Shown piece by piece: positions 40,622-50,928 of a stretch of DNA of 64,000 bases. The notes beneath the pieces were generated by a model, which was not told where the DNA came from, did no database searches, and worked only from the letters and a program-made list of their open reading frames with translations. Numbering within the stretch: position 1 is the stretch's first letter; every line of letters starts with the position of its first letter. The DNA is from Candidatus Fermentithermobacillaceae bacterium. GTDB taxonomy: Bacteria > Bacillota > Sulfobacillia > Fermentithermobacillales > DUSS01. The stretch is taken from the NCBI GenBank assembly GCA_014896535.1, contig JADBKE010000019.1:17068-81067 (forward strand), given 5' to 3'. Both the position numbers and the translations under genes were made by a program.

Positions 40622-41883
40622 ATGGCCCGGTTCGTGATCGAAAGGGTGGTGCACCCGTCAGAGGAAGCGTGTCGGTGAGCGGGGCGAAAAATGCGGTCTT
40701 GCCCATGATGGCCGCATCTGTGATGGCGTCCAGGCCTTGTCTCATACAGAATGCGCCGCACCTGGTAGATGTGGAGGTAATGGCCGCTATTTTGACTTCC
40801 ATCGGCGTCCACGTGCGCTGGACCGGGGTCACCGGGAGCGACCTTTATATCGACCCGTCGGGGCTAAGGAGCCACGTCGTGGATGAGGCGTTGATGCGAA
40901 AGGTACGGTCCTCGATATTCTTGATGGGACCTCTTCTCGCAAAATTAGGAAAGGTGGAGGTGTCGCATCCGGGAGGTTGCGACATCGGGCCAAGGCCCAT
41001 CGATTTGCATCTCAAGGGACTGCGGGCCATGGGCGCGCGGTTCGAGGAATCTCACGGAAGGATCCTGGGTGTGGCGGAGTCCTGGAAAGGGGTGGACATA
41101 CACCTGGACATCCCCAGCGTGGGAGCTACCGAGAATATCATGATGGGTGCCTGCCTGGCCGAGGGTGTGACCATTATCAGAAACGCCGCCAAAGAGCCTG
41201 AGATCGTAGACCTTCAGGGGTTCTTAAACTCCATGGGTGCTTCGGTGCGCGGCGCGGGCACCGACGTCATAAGGGTGGAGGGTTTGAAGTCGCTGAAGGG
41301 CGCGGTTTACTCGGTGATGCCCGACCGCATAGAAGCCGGTACTTTCATGGCGATGGCCGCCATAACCGGCGGCGAAATCTGGATAAGGAACGCCATCGCC
41401 GAACACGTTCAGGCCGTTATCGCGAAGCTTCGGGAAACCGGGGCTGATGTGATCGAGAAGCCCGATGGCTTGTTCGTAAGGGGACCCAGAAGGCCATTGC
41501 CCACCGATGTTAAGACGCTCCCGTACCCCGGGTTTCCCACAGACATGCAGCCTCAAATGATGGCCCTGCTTACGTTGGCGGATGGCACCTCGGTAATTAC
41601 AGAGACGGTTTTTGACTCCAGGTTCAAGCAGGCAGAGGAGCTCGGGAGGATGGGAGCGCGAATCCGAGTGGACGGACGAACGGCGATAATCAAGGGAGTG
41701 CCCGCGCTATCCGGAGCGCAGGTGGAAGCGACGGACCTTCGCAGCGGCGCCTCTCTGGTTCTGGCTGCGCTCGCCGCCGAGGGAGTCACGGTCGTCACGG
41801 GTATTCAGAATCTGGACCGAGGGTATGAGAAATTCGAGGACAAGATAAGGGCTCTCGGTGGCAACATCGCGAGGGTTGATTAA
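40622..41883 (+). CDS. murA: UDP-N-acetylglucosamine 1-carboxyvinyltransferase; apparent frameshift in first ~8 codons
   Basis: SGAKNA, PGGCDIGPRP, SVGATEN, PDRIEAGT, YPGFPTDMQ, DLRSGA; ATG at 40622 (MARFVIE) is out of frame with the main ORF at 40669. Confidence 0.93.
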
Positions 41884-41929
41884 AATCGGATTCGCAGGGG
41901 TTGAACTTCACGTCAACGGGGGTGGACCG

Positions 41930-42646
41930 TTGAAGTCTGGCCTCTTTTCCTTCCTGGGTCTGGTGTTCCTTTTTATGGTTGGCGGGTTCCTATTTCTCCG
42001 GTCGCCTTACTTTTCCATAAGGGAAGTAAGGGTTGATGGCTGTGTGGCCGTTTCGAGAGAGGAAGTCCTGCAGCTCGCCGGCATCCGCGAAGGGATGAAC
42101 ATTTTTGCCGTGAATTTGGACAAGACCCAGGAGGTTCTGGAGTGCTCCCCCTTGATAAAGAGGGCCGATGTCAAGAGAGAGCTGCCCTCGACAATCTATA
42201 TCCGAATCGAAGAACGCAAACCCGTGGCTCTGGTCGTTTCCGGAGGGAAGCTCTGGCTTGTGGATGCGGAGGGGAAGGTCCTGGGGGAAGATAACGGCAA
42301 GGTCCCCGGGCTTGTAGCTATCGTGGGCGTTTCCGGAAGCGTCTCCACCGGATCTCGTCTGGAAGGCAAGGAGTTAGAAGCCCTTGCGTGCGTGCGTGCC
42401 ATGGGTCCGCTGACCAGACGCGCATCCTCTGAAATCCAGCTTCGCGGTGATGAGCTGGTGCTGTTGCTCAAAGACGGAGGTGCCCTGGTTTATCTGGGGG
42501 AGCCCGACGCGGGTCTGCGGGGCCGCCTAGAATCCCTGGAATCCGTGCTCAGCGCCCTTGGGCCTCAGGACTTGCCGAGAGTAGACTACATAGAGCTCCG
42601 GTATGGAAAGCCTTCCGTGAGGTTCCGGGACCGAATGGTCAAGTAA
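41930..42646 (+). CDS. divIB: Cell division protein DivIB/FtsQ
   Basis: TM helix + POTRA domain (SPYFSIREVRVDG...IEERKPVA), C-terminal YIELR. Confidence 0.85.
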   Translation: MKSGLFSFLGLVFLFMVGGFLFLRSPYFSIREVRVDGCVAVSREEVLQLAGIREGMNIFAVNLDKTQEVLECSPLIKRADVKRELPSTIYIRIEERKPVALVVSGGKLWLVDAEGKVLGEDNGKVPGLVAIVGVSGSVSTGSRLEGKELEALACVRAMGPLTRRASSEIQLRGDELVLLLKDGGALVYLGEPDAGLRGRLESLESVLSALGPQDLPRVDYIELRYGKPSVRFRDRMVK

Positions 42647-42715
42647 CCTGCTTCGGAGCCACCGGGTTATGGTATCTTTGAAGGGAAGTTGTTGAGCGGA
42701 GCGAGAACAGGGGGG

Positions 42716-43438
42716 ATGGGCGTGTCAAATCGGGGCACGCAGCTCATTTTAAGCGTGGTCCTCATGATCTTCGGTTTTATGCTCGCTCTTCAATTGAAGG
42801 CGCGGCCGGCGATAACCGCGAACATTTCGTACCAGAGAGCGGCGGAGCTCACGGCGCTCCTCAAGGCCGTTGAAGAAGAAAGAAACTCCCTCAGGGAGGA
42901 GGTCAAGCAGTTAAGAGACCGCCTGGCGGAGAGCGCCGCTGGACTCAGCCGGGAACAAGCTCTCAGGGAAGAGCTTTCAAAGGCCAGGATCTTGGCGGGC
43001 TTGGCCGATGTGAAGGGTCCCGGCGTAATAGTGCAGATGACCGATTCCAAGAAACCGTCAACAGCAGGTCAGGATCCCAACGTTTACCTGATCCACGACG
43101 ATGATGTTCGCGCCGTGGTCAACGAACTTTTCAGCGCAGGCGCCGAGGCCGTCAGCATCAACGGTCAGCGGTTCGTTGCCACGACGGAGATAAGGTGTGC
43201 GGGTCCCGTTTTTATGATCAACGGCGTAAGGGTCGCCCCTCCCATCGAAATACGGGCGATAGGGGACCCGGAGACCCTCGACTCGGCCTTGCACTTGCGG
43301 GGAGGAGTCATAGACAACTTGGCCTTATGGGGCATCGAGGTCAAAGTGAAACGGGAAGAGGAAGTTTTGGTTCCCGCATATAACGGTACGCTGCAGTTCA
43401 AGTACGCCAGGCCCGTAAAGGCGGAGGGAACGCGCTGA
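42716..43438 (+). CDS. DUF881 family protein (YlxX/YlxW-like)
   Basis: AGLADVKGPGV, VNELFSAGAEAVSINGQR, IRAIGDP. Confidence 0.9.
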   Translation: MGVSNRGTQLILSVVLMIFGFMLALQLKARPAITANISYQRAAELTALLKAVEEERNSLREEVKQLRDRLAESAAGLSREQALREELSKARILAGLADVKGPGVIVQMTDSKKPSTAGQDPNVYLIHDDDVRAVVNELFSAGAEAVSINGQRFVATTEIRCAGPVFMINGVRVAPPIEIRAIGDPETLDSALHLRGGVIDNLALWGIEVKVKREEEVLVPAYNGTLQFKYARPVKAEGTR

Positions 43439-43782
43439 TGTGGATGATTCTGGGCGGTCTTCTCCTCGGGATTCTCATCGGCTTTCATCTGCCCGTTCAA
43501 ATCCCTCAGAGCGTGGCCAGGTATCTGGCGGTGAGCGTCCTTGCCGGCCTGGACACGGCTTTCGGGGGGTTGAGAGCTACTTTGGAGGGAGATTTTGATA
43601 CCGCTATATTCGTCAGCGGCTTTCTGGCCAATACGGTTCTGGCGGCGCTTCTGACTTACGCCGGTGATCTCCTCGGGCTCGAGCTGTACCTGGCGGCCGT
43701 ATTTGCATTTGGCGTTCGAATTTTTACGAACCTGGCTATGATCAGGCGGCACCTGATCAAACGTCTCGCAAAAAACAGGTGA
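43438..43782 (+). CDS. sbp: Small basic protein (DUF1290)
   Basis: [30 protein letters not shown]. Confidence 0.9.
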   Translation: MWMILGGLLLGILIGFHLPVQIPQSVARYLAVSVLAGLDTAFGGLRATLEGDFDTAIFVSGFLANTVLAALLTYAGDLLGLELYLAAVFAFGVRIFTNLAMIRRHLIKRLAKNR

Positions 43783-43858
43783 AAGTGCGCCGCGAGGTAC
43801 CTCGCCTCGTCGGCGGTCCAGGCACCTGGTCAAACGTACCGCAAAAAACAGGTGAAAG
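43748..43858. repeat. 38-bp direct repeat (35/38 identical) separated by a 35-bp unique insert
   Basis: GGCACCTGATCAAACGTCTCGCAAAAAACAGGTGAAAG at 43748-43785 and GGCACCTGGTCAAACGTACCGCAAAAAACAGGTGAAAG at 43821-43858. Confidence 0.92.
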
Positions 43859-43901
43859 CCGAGAAGACGTGGAAATCCATGCTCCTGGGAGGGCGAGGGT
43901 G

Positions 43902-44975
43902 ATGAAGCTTCTCGAAGACGGGGAAACAAGATACGCATCGCTCAAAGTAGTCGGCATCGGTGGAGGCGGTACTAACGCCGTTAACAGAATGATCGAGGCG
44001 GGAATCCGCGGAGTCGACTTCATCGCCATCAACACCGATGCTCAGACCCTCAACCTGTCCAAAGCCAAGGTAAAAATCCAGATCGGCAAGAACCTCACCC
44101 GGGGGCTTGGGGCGGGAGCCAATCCCGAGGTTGGGCTCAGAGCCGCCGAGGAATCGCGGGAAGAGATTTTGAACCACGTCAAAGGCGCGGACATGGTATT
44201 CATAACTGCTGGCATGGGAGGAGGAACGGGTACGGGAGGGGCTCCCGTGGTCGCGCAGATTTGCAAGGAAGTAGGGGCCCTTACCATCGGTGTCGTGACC
44301 AAACCCTTCAGCTTCGAGGGAAAAAGGCGGATGAGCGTAGCTGAGCAGGGTATAGAAAAGCTGAGACAGGCGGTGGACACCCTCATCGTGATACCCAACG
44401 ATAGATTGCTCCAGGTGATGGACAAGCGTGCGTCGATTCTGGAAGCTTTCGCCGTGGCCGATGAGGTTTTGCGCCACGGAGTCCAGGGCATTTCGGACCT
44501 GGTGTGCGTACCCGGCCTCATAAATCTGGATTTTGCCGACGTAAGAACCATTATGATGGATACAGGTTCAGCTCTTATGGGCATAGGGGTAGGTCATGGT
44601 GAGTCCAGGGCCATAGATGCGGCAAACCAGGCAATCTCGAGCCCGCTTTTGGAAACCACTATCGAAGGTGCCAAGGGGATCCTCATCAACATTACGGGCG
44701 GCCCCGACCTCGGTTTGTTTGAGGTGAACGAAGCAGCTCAGGTCATCATCAACGCCGCCGATCCCGAAGCCAACATCATATTCGGTGCCGTTATCGACGA
44801 GAAACTTCAGGACGAGGTCAGGATCACGGTTATCGCCACTGGATTCGAGCGAAAGCCGAAACCCGCGGACACACGTCGGCAGCCGATCCTCGATGACAGC
44901 GAGCTTTTCGAGGTACCCGTCTTCTTGAGGTCGAAAACCTCCGACAAGCCGCCGAAAAAAGACACTTTGCGGTAG
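43902..44975 (+). CDS. ftsZ: Cell division protein FtsZ
   Basis: [28 protein letters not shown]-terminal EVPVFLR. Confidence 0.98.
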   Translation: MKLLEDGETRYASLKVVGIGGGGTNAVNRMIEAGIRGVDFIAINTDAQTLNLSKAKVKIQIGKNLTRGLGAGANPEVGLRAAEESREEILNHVKGADMVFITAGMGGGTGTGGAPVVAQICKEVGALTIGVVTKPFSFEGKRRMSVAEQGIEKLRQAVDTLIVIPNDRLLQVMDKRASILEAFAVADEVLRHGVQGISDLVCVPGLINLDFADVRTIMMDTGSALMGIGVGHGESRAIDAANQAISSPLLETTIEGAKGILINITGGPDLGLFEVNEAAQVIINAADPEANIIFGAVIDEKLQDEVRITVIATGFERKPKPADTRRQPILDDSELFEVPVFLRSKTSDKPPKKDTLR

Positions 44976-44979
44976 TCCT

Positions 44980-45013
44980 TTTGACAAGTCTCGTCCTCCG
45001 CCACTGCTATGAT
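44980..45013 (+). promoter_or_regulatory. Spo0A-dependent spoIIG-type promoter
   Basis: TTGACA-21 bp-TATGAT (over-long spacer); -35 overlaps a 0A-box-like TGTCAAA on the minus strand. Confidence 0.55.
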
Positions 45014-45079
45014 CGATGCCGACCTGGTCATATCCGGGTCATGTCCGGAATAGTCATTATTCCCGGGGAAGGGTTGGAC

Positions 45080-45955
45080 ATGACCAGGTACGTCTACGCT
45101 GACGTATTATTCCTGGTGAATTTCGCAGCCAACTACCTGTTGCTCACCGCTACTGCTCGCTTGAGTCGCCGGAGGGCGAGGCGGGGGAGGATAACCCTCA
45201 GCGCCCTCGGAGGAGCGCTGTACGCTGCGTTTGCCCTTGTTCCGGGCTTAGAGCCTCTTTACGCATGGCCGGTCAGACTGATGGCCGGGGCCTTGATGGT
45301 TCTGATATCTTTTCCCGACGCGAGAGGCGCAGGTGTTTACCTGCTTTTTCTTTCGTTTTACCTGTGTTGCACGGTTGCCGCCGGCACGGCCATGGCCCTC
45401 TTGAGTCTGGTCCAGAGTTTGCGGTCTTATTCCCTGGCTGACCGGCTGTGGTCGCCAGCCTCGTGGTGGACGGTGCTTGTGGGGCTCCTGGTGGCGGCAG
45501 CTATTCCCTTGCTCTTGGCCTTGAGTTCGCAAAAACCCGGGTCTCCTTTCCTTCAGGTGGAGCTGGAAGTCGACGGCAAATCTGTAACCCTTGTCGGGCT
45601 GCTCGACACCGGTAACGATTTACGAGATCCATTGAGCGGGTTACCCGTGATCGTCGTGGACCTCGACAGTCTGAAGAGCATACTGTCCGGCGAGACCCTC
45701 GACTTTTTCTCATCCAACTGGGAGTCCATCGGGGAGAACCTGGCGCTCGACCCAATGGCCAGGCGGCTGCGGCTCATTCCGTATTGCGGAATATCGGGCA
45801 AAAGGGGAGTTCTGCCCGGGTTCATTCCCGATAAGGTGCTTGTGTCCGGGAGAACGGGCCTGCGCACCCCAATCGATGCCGTGGTTGGCGTATCCTGGCA
45901 AAAGCTTTCGCCATCCGGAGCATATCAAGCTCTGGTCCATCCCGACCTGGTTTAG
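45080..45955 (+). CDS. spoIIGA: Pro-sigmaE processing aspartic protease
   Basis: YVYADVLFLVNF, LLDTGNDLRDP, RLIPY; upstream of sigE. Confidence 0.92.
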   Translation: MTRYVYADVLFLVNFAANYLLLTATARLSRRRARRGRITLSALGGALYAAFALVPGLEPLYAWPVRLMAGALMVLISFPDARGAGVYLLFLSFYLCCTVAAGTAMALLSLVQSLRSYSLADRLWSPASWWTVLVGLLVAAAIPLLLALSSQKPGSPFLQVELEVDGKSVTLVGLLDTGNDLRDPLSGLPVIVVDLDSLKSILSGETLDFFSSNWESIGENLALDPMARRLRLIPYCGISGKRGVLPGFIPDKVLVSGRTGLRTPIDAVVGVSWQKLSPSGAYQALVHPDLV

Positions 45956-46066
45956 CAGAGGAAATCCCTTTTCTGAAGGGTGTGAAGAGATAGCTTCGCC
46001 GTCCTTCGCGGCGTAGCAAAGCAAGGAGGACGGCGCCGTCGTCGGTGCAACAGGAGGTGTTGGCGC

Positions 46067-46789
46067 TTGGACTTTTTGCGGCTGAAGTGGACGCTGCTTT
46101 TAAAGTGGTTCAAATTGAGAAGGGCGCTCGGGCTCGATGTCTTCCTGGGATACATCGGGGGAACGGAGGCGCTCCCGCCGCCTTTGACTGCGGACGAGGA
46201 GTCTTTTCTCATAGAGAGGCTCCAAGAAGGGGACCCTGACGTGAAGAGCGTCCTCGTGGAGAGGAATATCAGGCTCGTGGTGTACATCGCGAGGAAGTTC
46301 GAGAACACCGGTGTGCCCATCGATGACCTTGTGTCCATCGGGTCGATCGGTCTCATCAAAGCCATTTCCACCTTCGACCCGTCCAAGAAAATCAAACTCG
46401 CCACATACGCCTCGAAATGCATAGAAAACGAGATCCTCATGTACTTGAGACGCGTTGCGAAGACCAGGGCGGAAGTATCGTTCGAAGAACCCCTGAACAT
46501 CGATGCGGAAGGCAACGAGCTGTGCCTTGCCGACGTCAAGGGTACCGACGAGGACGTGATATACAGGTCGCTGGAAAAAGAGGTGGACCGGGCCGTTTTG
46601 AGGGAGGCTCTGGACCGCCTTTCGTGGAGAGAAAGGACCATCGTTGACCTTCGCTTCGGTCTGAAAGACGGAATTGAGAGAACTCAAAAGCAAGTCGCGG
46701 ACATGCTCGGGATCTCGCAGTCATACATCTCGCGGTTGGAGAAAAGGATCATGCAAAAGCTTCACCACGACATTATGACTTATCAGTAA
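46067..46789 (+). CDS. sigE: Sporulation sigma factor SigE
   Basis: Pro-sequence + [40 protein letters not shown]. Confidence 0.96.
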   Translation: MDFLRLKWTLLLKWFKLRRALGLDVFLGYIGGTEALPPPLTADEESFLIERLQEGDPDVKSVLVERNIRLVVYIARKFENTGVPIDDLVSIGSIGLIKAISTFDPSKKIKLATYASKCIENEILMYLRRVAKTRAEVSFEEPLNIDAEGNELCLADVKGTDEDVIYRSLEKEVDRAVLREALDRLSWRERTIVDLRFGLKDGIERTQKQVADMLGISQSYISRLEKRIMQKLHHDIMTYQ

Positions 46790-47001
46790 CCCCGCCTTAC
46801 TCCAGACCTAACCGCCTCCTTATCAACATCTCATCCCGATTCTGAACAGGCTTCCCGTCGGGAGAGCCATCAACGAACTGCCAACCAACACCCGGTTATT
46901 CCGTCCTCACCAACTTTTCTCGGCCACATCCGCCGCTCGGAAACGCTGCGGGCGCGGCTTAGAATCTCGAACGCAGTTCAGGGCCGTATTTCGCTGGAAG
47001 C

Positions 47002-47032
47002 GTATAGCACCTGTACTGTGTAGGCAATACTG
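47002..47032 (+). promoter_or_regulatory. Putative sigma-F/sigma-G promoter of sigG
   Basis: GTATA-16 bp-GGCAATACTG. Confidence 0.45.
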
Positions 47033-47082
47033 TCACATAGTAGTTTCACTAAATTATGGCAACTCACACGGGGGTACGCGAT

Positions 47083-47853
47083 TTGAACAAGGTGGAGATT
47101 TGTGGAGTCGACACTTCGAAGCTCCCCGTCTTGTCGTCGAGCAAGATGAAGGAGCTTTTCCTGGCAATGAAAAACGGGGATAGATCGGCCAGACAAGCCC
47201 TGATATCGGGAAATCTCCGGCTGGTACTGTCCGTCATCCAGCGGTTTCAAAACAGGGGTGAATGCGTGGACGACCTCTTTCAAGTAGGGTGCATCGGTCT
47301 GATGAAGGCCATAGACAATTTTGACCTCTCTCAAAACGTCAGGTTTTCAACATATGCAGTGCCCATGATCATCGGCGAGATTAGGAGGTATCTCAGGGAC
47401 AACAACCCCATAAGGGTTTCGCGCTCTCTCAGGGACATTGCGTACAAGGCGCTTCAGGTTAGGGATACGCTCGTAACGAGGCTCGGGCGGGAACCGACGG
47501 TGCCGGAGATCGCGAGCGAGCTCAAGATGCCCGAGGACGAGGTGGTTTACGCCCTCGATGCAATCCAGGAACCCATCAGCTTGTTCGAGCCCGTTTACCA
47601 CGACGGAGGCGACCCCATCTACGTAATGGACCAGGTTAGCGATTCCAAGGGCGAGGACTCTTCGTGGCTTGAGGGCATTTCCATCAATGAAGCCATATCG
47701 AAATTATCCGAGCGTGAACAGGCCATAATAAGGATGAGGTTCTTCGAAGGGAAAACACAGATGGAGGTAGCCAAAGAAATAGGAATATCGCAGGCGCAGG
47801 TTTCCAGATTGGAAAAAAGTGCGCTGTTGCGCATGAGAGAGCACATGGGCTAG
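47083..47853 (+). CDS. sigG: Sporulation sigma factor SigG
   Basis: NKVEICGVDTSKLPVL, FSTYAVPMIIGEIRR, GISQAQVSRLEK. Confidence 0.97.
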   Translation: MNKVEICGVDTSKLPVLSSSKMKELFLAMKNGDRSARQALISGNLRLVLSVIQRFQNRGECVDDLFQVGCIGLMKAIDNFDLSQNVRFSTYAVPMIIGEIRRYLRDNNPIRVSRSLRDIAYKALQVRDTLVTRLGREPTVPEIASELKMPEDEVVYALDAIQEPISLFEPVYHDGGDPIYVMDQVSDSKGEDSSWLEGISINEAISKLSEREQAIIRMRFFEGKTQMEVAKEIGISQAQVSRLEKSALLRMREHMG

Positions 47854-47867
47854 GAGGTGAACGAGAG

Positions 47868-48575
47868 GTGAGAAAGGGCGTAGGTCCTGTGCTGCAGGCG
47901 CTGGCCATAGCTGCGGTGGCCGGAATCGTTCTGGGTTTGGGCTGGTATGTGGCGGTGGCTTATTCATCCCAGAAGGCCTATACTCCTGACAACCTGATCC
48001 GGCTTCACATCGTTCCCAACTCAGATTCCGAGCTGGACCAGGAACTGAAACTGTCCGTTAGGGACCGCCTCCTCAGGGAGATCGCGCCCGAGCTAACGCC
48101 GGGGCACGGAGGGTCGCCCCTGGTCAGGCTGGAAGAGCTCTTACCCACGGTGGATGCGGTTGCCAGGGAAGTTGCGCGGTCCGCCGGAGTTGACTATGGC
48201 GTTTACTCGGAAATTGGCATTTACCGGTTCCCCAGCGTAAGTTACACCGCAGGTACAAGACAGATCATGCTGCCTTCGGGCAAATACCTTGCGCTCAGAG
48301 TCGTCCTGGGAGAGGGAAAAGGTCGAAACTGGTGGTGTGTGATATTCCCGCCCTTGTGCTACCTTGACGTCGCCGTGCGCCAGCAAGCGCCGCCAGATAT
48401 CACCTCGATGGCAAGGGATGAGCTCGAGCGCCTTTGTCAGCGGGCTGTAGCGGATGAGCATGCTCCCACGGAGGTCCGGTTCTTCCTTGCCGAGGTGCTT
48501 AAGTCCGGCTGGGAGAAGATCGCTGCTGCCATATCTCGCTGGCACGGACGGGTTCTCCTGTGCCCGGCGCCTTGA
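47868..48575 (+). CDS. spoIIR: Stage II sporulation protein R
   Basis: LIRLHIVPNSDS..DQ.LK, GKGRNWWCVIFPPLC. Confidence 0.93.
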   Translation: MRKGVGPVLQALAIAAVAGIVLGLGWYVAVAYSSQKAYTPDNLIRLHIVPNSDSELDQELKLSVRDRLLREIAPELTPGHGGSPLVRLEELLPTVDAVAREVARSAGVDYGVYSEIGIYRFPSVSYTAGTRQIMLPSGKYLALRVVLGEGKGRNWWCVIFPPLCYLDVAVRQQAPPDITSMARDELERLCQRAVADEHAPTEVRFFLAEVLKSGWEKIAAAISRWHGRVLLCPAP

Positions 48576-48669
48576 GCTCGGGCGCTTTGCGTTGTAGTTC
48601 ACCAATTGTACCTTCAGAGGATTTCCCCCCATCCCCCGTGCCATATAATGCTTTCGGGGGCGTCTTGAT

Positions 48670-48930
48670 TTGATAAGGGCATCGGACCTCTCTTCCCGGG
48701 ACGTCATTAACACCGTGGACGGTCGAAAACTGGGAAACATCGTGGATATTGAGTTCGACCTCACCTCGGGCCGAATAACGGCCGTCATAGTTCCCGGTCC
48801 TGCCAGAGGATTAGGCATTTTCGGCAGGGGCGATGATTACGTGATCCCCTGGGAGAACGTGAAGAAAATCGGTGAGGACGTGATCCTCGTGGAACTGGCC
48901 GAGCGATATTCTCGCCGTCAGTCTCGGTAG
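48670..48930 (+). CDS. ylmC: YlmC/YmxH PRC-barrel sporulation protein
   Basis: DVINTVDGRKLG, IPWENVKKIGEDVILV. Confidence 0.9.
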   Translation: MIRASDLSSRDVINTVDGRKLGNIVDIEFDLTSGRITAVIVPGPARGLGIFGRGDDYVIPWENVKKIGEDVILVELAERYSRRQSR

Positions 48931-48970
48931 AACCCTCGTTGGACATGTTATAATCAGCGCGATCGTTGCC

Positions 48971-50227
48971 ATGTCTTACAGGAAAAAACGACTCAATGGC
49001 GGGCCGCTGCGAAAATGGGCCTTCGCGGTGATCGTTTTAGTACTGGCTTTTTTTCTTCTTCCATGGCCGGTCATACGTTCCGCCGTCCTCAAAGCGGCCA
49101 TCCCGCTGGGATTCCCCAGAGAAGGAGCGCTTGACATCGACGTTACTGGCCGCTGCCTTCTCGCTGGCAGCGAAGTCGTAGTAAAAGCTTCTGCCGACGG
49201 CGTTCTCCGATACCTGGTCCGGTCCGGCGAGTGGGTAAGGGCAGGTACGCCCATCTGCACGATCCGGTCCGAAGAGACTCGCGAAGTTTTGGAGGAAGCA
49301 CTCAGAGCAAGAAAGGAAGAACTCCGGGCTTTCGATAGAGAAAACTCAAATCGAATCGAGGAAGCTCGCAAAGACCTGTTAGATGCATATCGGGAAGCAG
49401 GCAGGGACCTGTTGGCGGCTTCCCGGGCCAGCGCTCTTCCGGACCTGGCGATGAGAAAGGATCGGGAAACTCGCGTACTTTCGACCTGCGCCCGAATCGC
49501 CGAACTCCGCAACTTCCTGGAATCCAGCGAGGAGAAGAGAAGCGCCATCCTCCGGGAGATCGCCTACCTGGAACAGGCGCTTTCCTGGGCGGAGGTGACG
49601 GTCCTCGCGCCGGTGGCGGGAGTGTTCTTCAGGCAGGTTGACGGGCTCGAGGCACGGTACTACGACGCCCGCGAGCTATCTGCGGCGGATATTAGAGCTT
49701 CCTTAGACGAAGCCTTACGCACCCGGCCGCAGGGGCCCTCAGACGGTGACCGAGTGTCTCGCGGACAAATCCTGGGGAAGATCGTCCCGGAAGAAACGGT
49801 TCGGTTCTTCCTGCCGGTTCCCACCGAGGACAGACCACCCATCGAGCAGGGCCAGGCGGTGACCGTGAGGACTACTTCGGCAGCTTTCCCGGCCAGAATC
49901 GAACGGGTGATAGACGGAAAACCCCCCGGGTACTCGGTGATCGTAGGAAGCTTCGAACTTGGCCTCTCCGGAACCGAGACATTTCCCAGATACCTGGACA
50001 TCACCCTCGTGACGTTTTCGGCCAAGGGTCTAATCGTGCCGTCAAGCGCTCTGGTACAAAAGAACGGGACGACCGGAGTCCTCGTGGTCCAAAAGGCCGT
50101 GGCGCGGTTTTGTCCCGTTGAAGTGATGCTGGTGAAAGGGAATGAAGCGGTCCTTCGAGGAATATCTCCCGAGACTCAGATAGTCCTAAGGGGCTGGGCA
50201 TTTCTGGAGGGGAAGAGGGTACGGTGA
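48971..50227 (+). CDS. HlyD-like membrane fusion/adaptor protein
   Basis: TM helix, split lipoyl halves (ASADG...GEWV, APVAG), coiled coil, GLIVPSSAL; typical upstream of yggS in clostridial genomes. Confidence 0.65.
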   Translation: MSYRKKRLNGGPLRKWAFAVIVLVLAFFLLPWPVIRSAVLKAAIPLGFPREGALDIDVTGRCLLAGSEVVVKASADGVLRYLVRSGEWVRAGTPICTIRSEETREVLEEALRARKEELRAFDRENSNRIEEARKDLLDAYREAGRDLLAASRASALPDLAMRKDRETRVLSTCARIAELRNFLESSEEKRSAILREIAYLEQALSWAEVTVLAPVAGVFFRQVDGLEARYYDARELSAADIRASLDEALRTRPQGPSDGDRVSRGQILGKIVPEETVRFFLPVPTEDRPPIEQGQAVTVRTTSAAFPARIERVIDGKPPGYSVIVGSFELGLSGTETFPRYLDITLVTFSAKGLIVPSSALVQKNGTTGVLVVQKAVARFCPVEVMLVKGNEAVLRGISPETQIVLRGWAFLEGKRVR

Positions 50228-50928
50228 GCATGGAATCGGGTTCTATCGAGAAGCTTGCGGCGAATCTGGAGCGGATACGGCAAGGAATTGACAGAGCTCT
50301 TGAGCGGTCCGGAAGAAAAGGCCCGGTAAAAATCCTGGCCGTAACCAAAGGGGTATCCCCGCCGTTGATTGAGAAAGCTCGGGAGCTGGGAATCTCGATC
50401 TTTGGCGAAAACAGAGTTCAGGAAGCTCGCGAAAAGGTGAGAATGGGAGCATTTGGCGGTGCTGAGCTTCACTTTATAGGCCACCTTCAAACCAACAAAG
50501 CGTCCCTGGCTGCCCGGCTGTTTTCGTGTGTCCAGTCAGTGGACTCTACCAGAGTCGCTCTTGCTCTTTCCCAGGCTTCCGTGAGATACGGGAGAGTCTG
50601 TCGGGTCATGCTCGAGGTTAACGTGGCCCGCGATCCTGCCAAGTTTGGAGTGAGCCCAGAGGAGGCTCTGAACCTGGCCAGGTACGTGCTGGGTCTGCCG
50701 GGGCTCGTTCTGACGGGGTTGATGACGGTGGCACCCGAAGATCCCGAGGCAGCGCGAAGGGCTTTCAGGGGTCTGGCGTCGCTGAGGGACCGCCTGCTTT
50801 CGGAAGGCATACCGGGGGATGCCCTGGCGGAGTTGTCCATGGGCATGACGTCGGATTACGAAATAGCTGTGGAAGAAGGTTCGACGATGATCAGGATCGG
50901 GCGGGGACTGTTCGGGGAAAGAGCCTGA
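50224..50928 (+). CDS. yggS: PLP homeostasis protein YggS/YlmE
   Basis: AVTK, GENRVQE, HFIGHLQTNK, LSMGMTSDY, RIGR. Confidence 0.95.
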   Translation: MSMESGSIEKLAANLERIRQGIDRALERSGRKGPVKILAVTKGVSPPLIEKARELGISIFGENRVQEAREKVRMGAFGGAELHFIGHLQTNKASLAARLFSCVQSVDSTRVALALSQASVRYGRVCRVMLEVNVARDPAKFGVSPEEALNLARYVLGLPGLVLTGLMTVAPEDPEAARRAFRGLASLRDRLLSEGIPGDALAELSMGMTSDYEIAVEEGSTMIRIGRGLFGERA

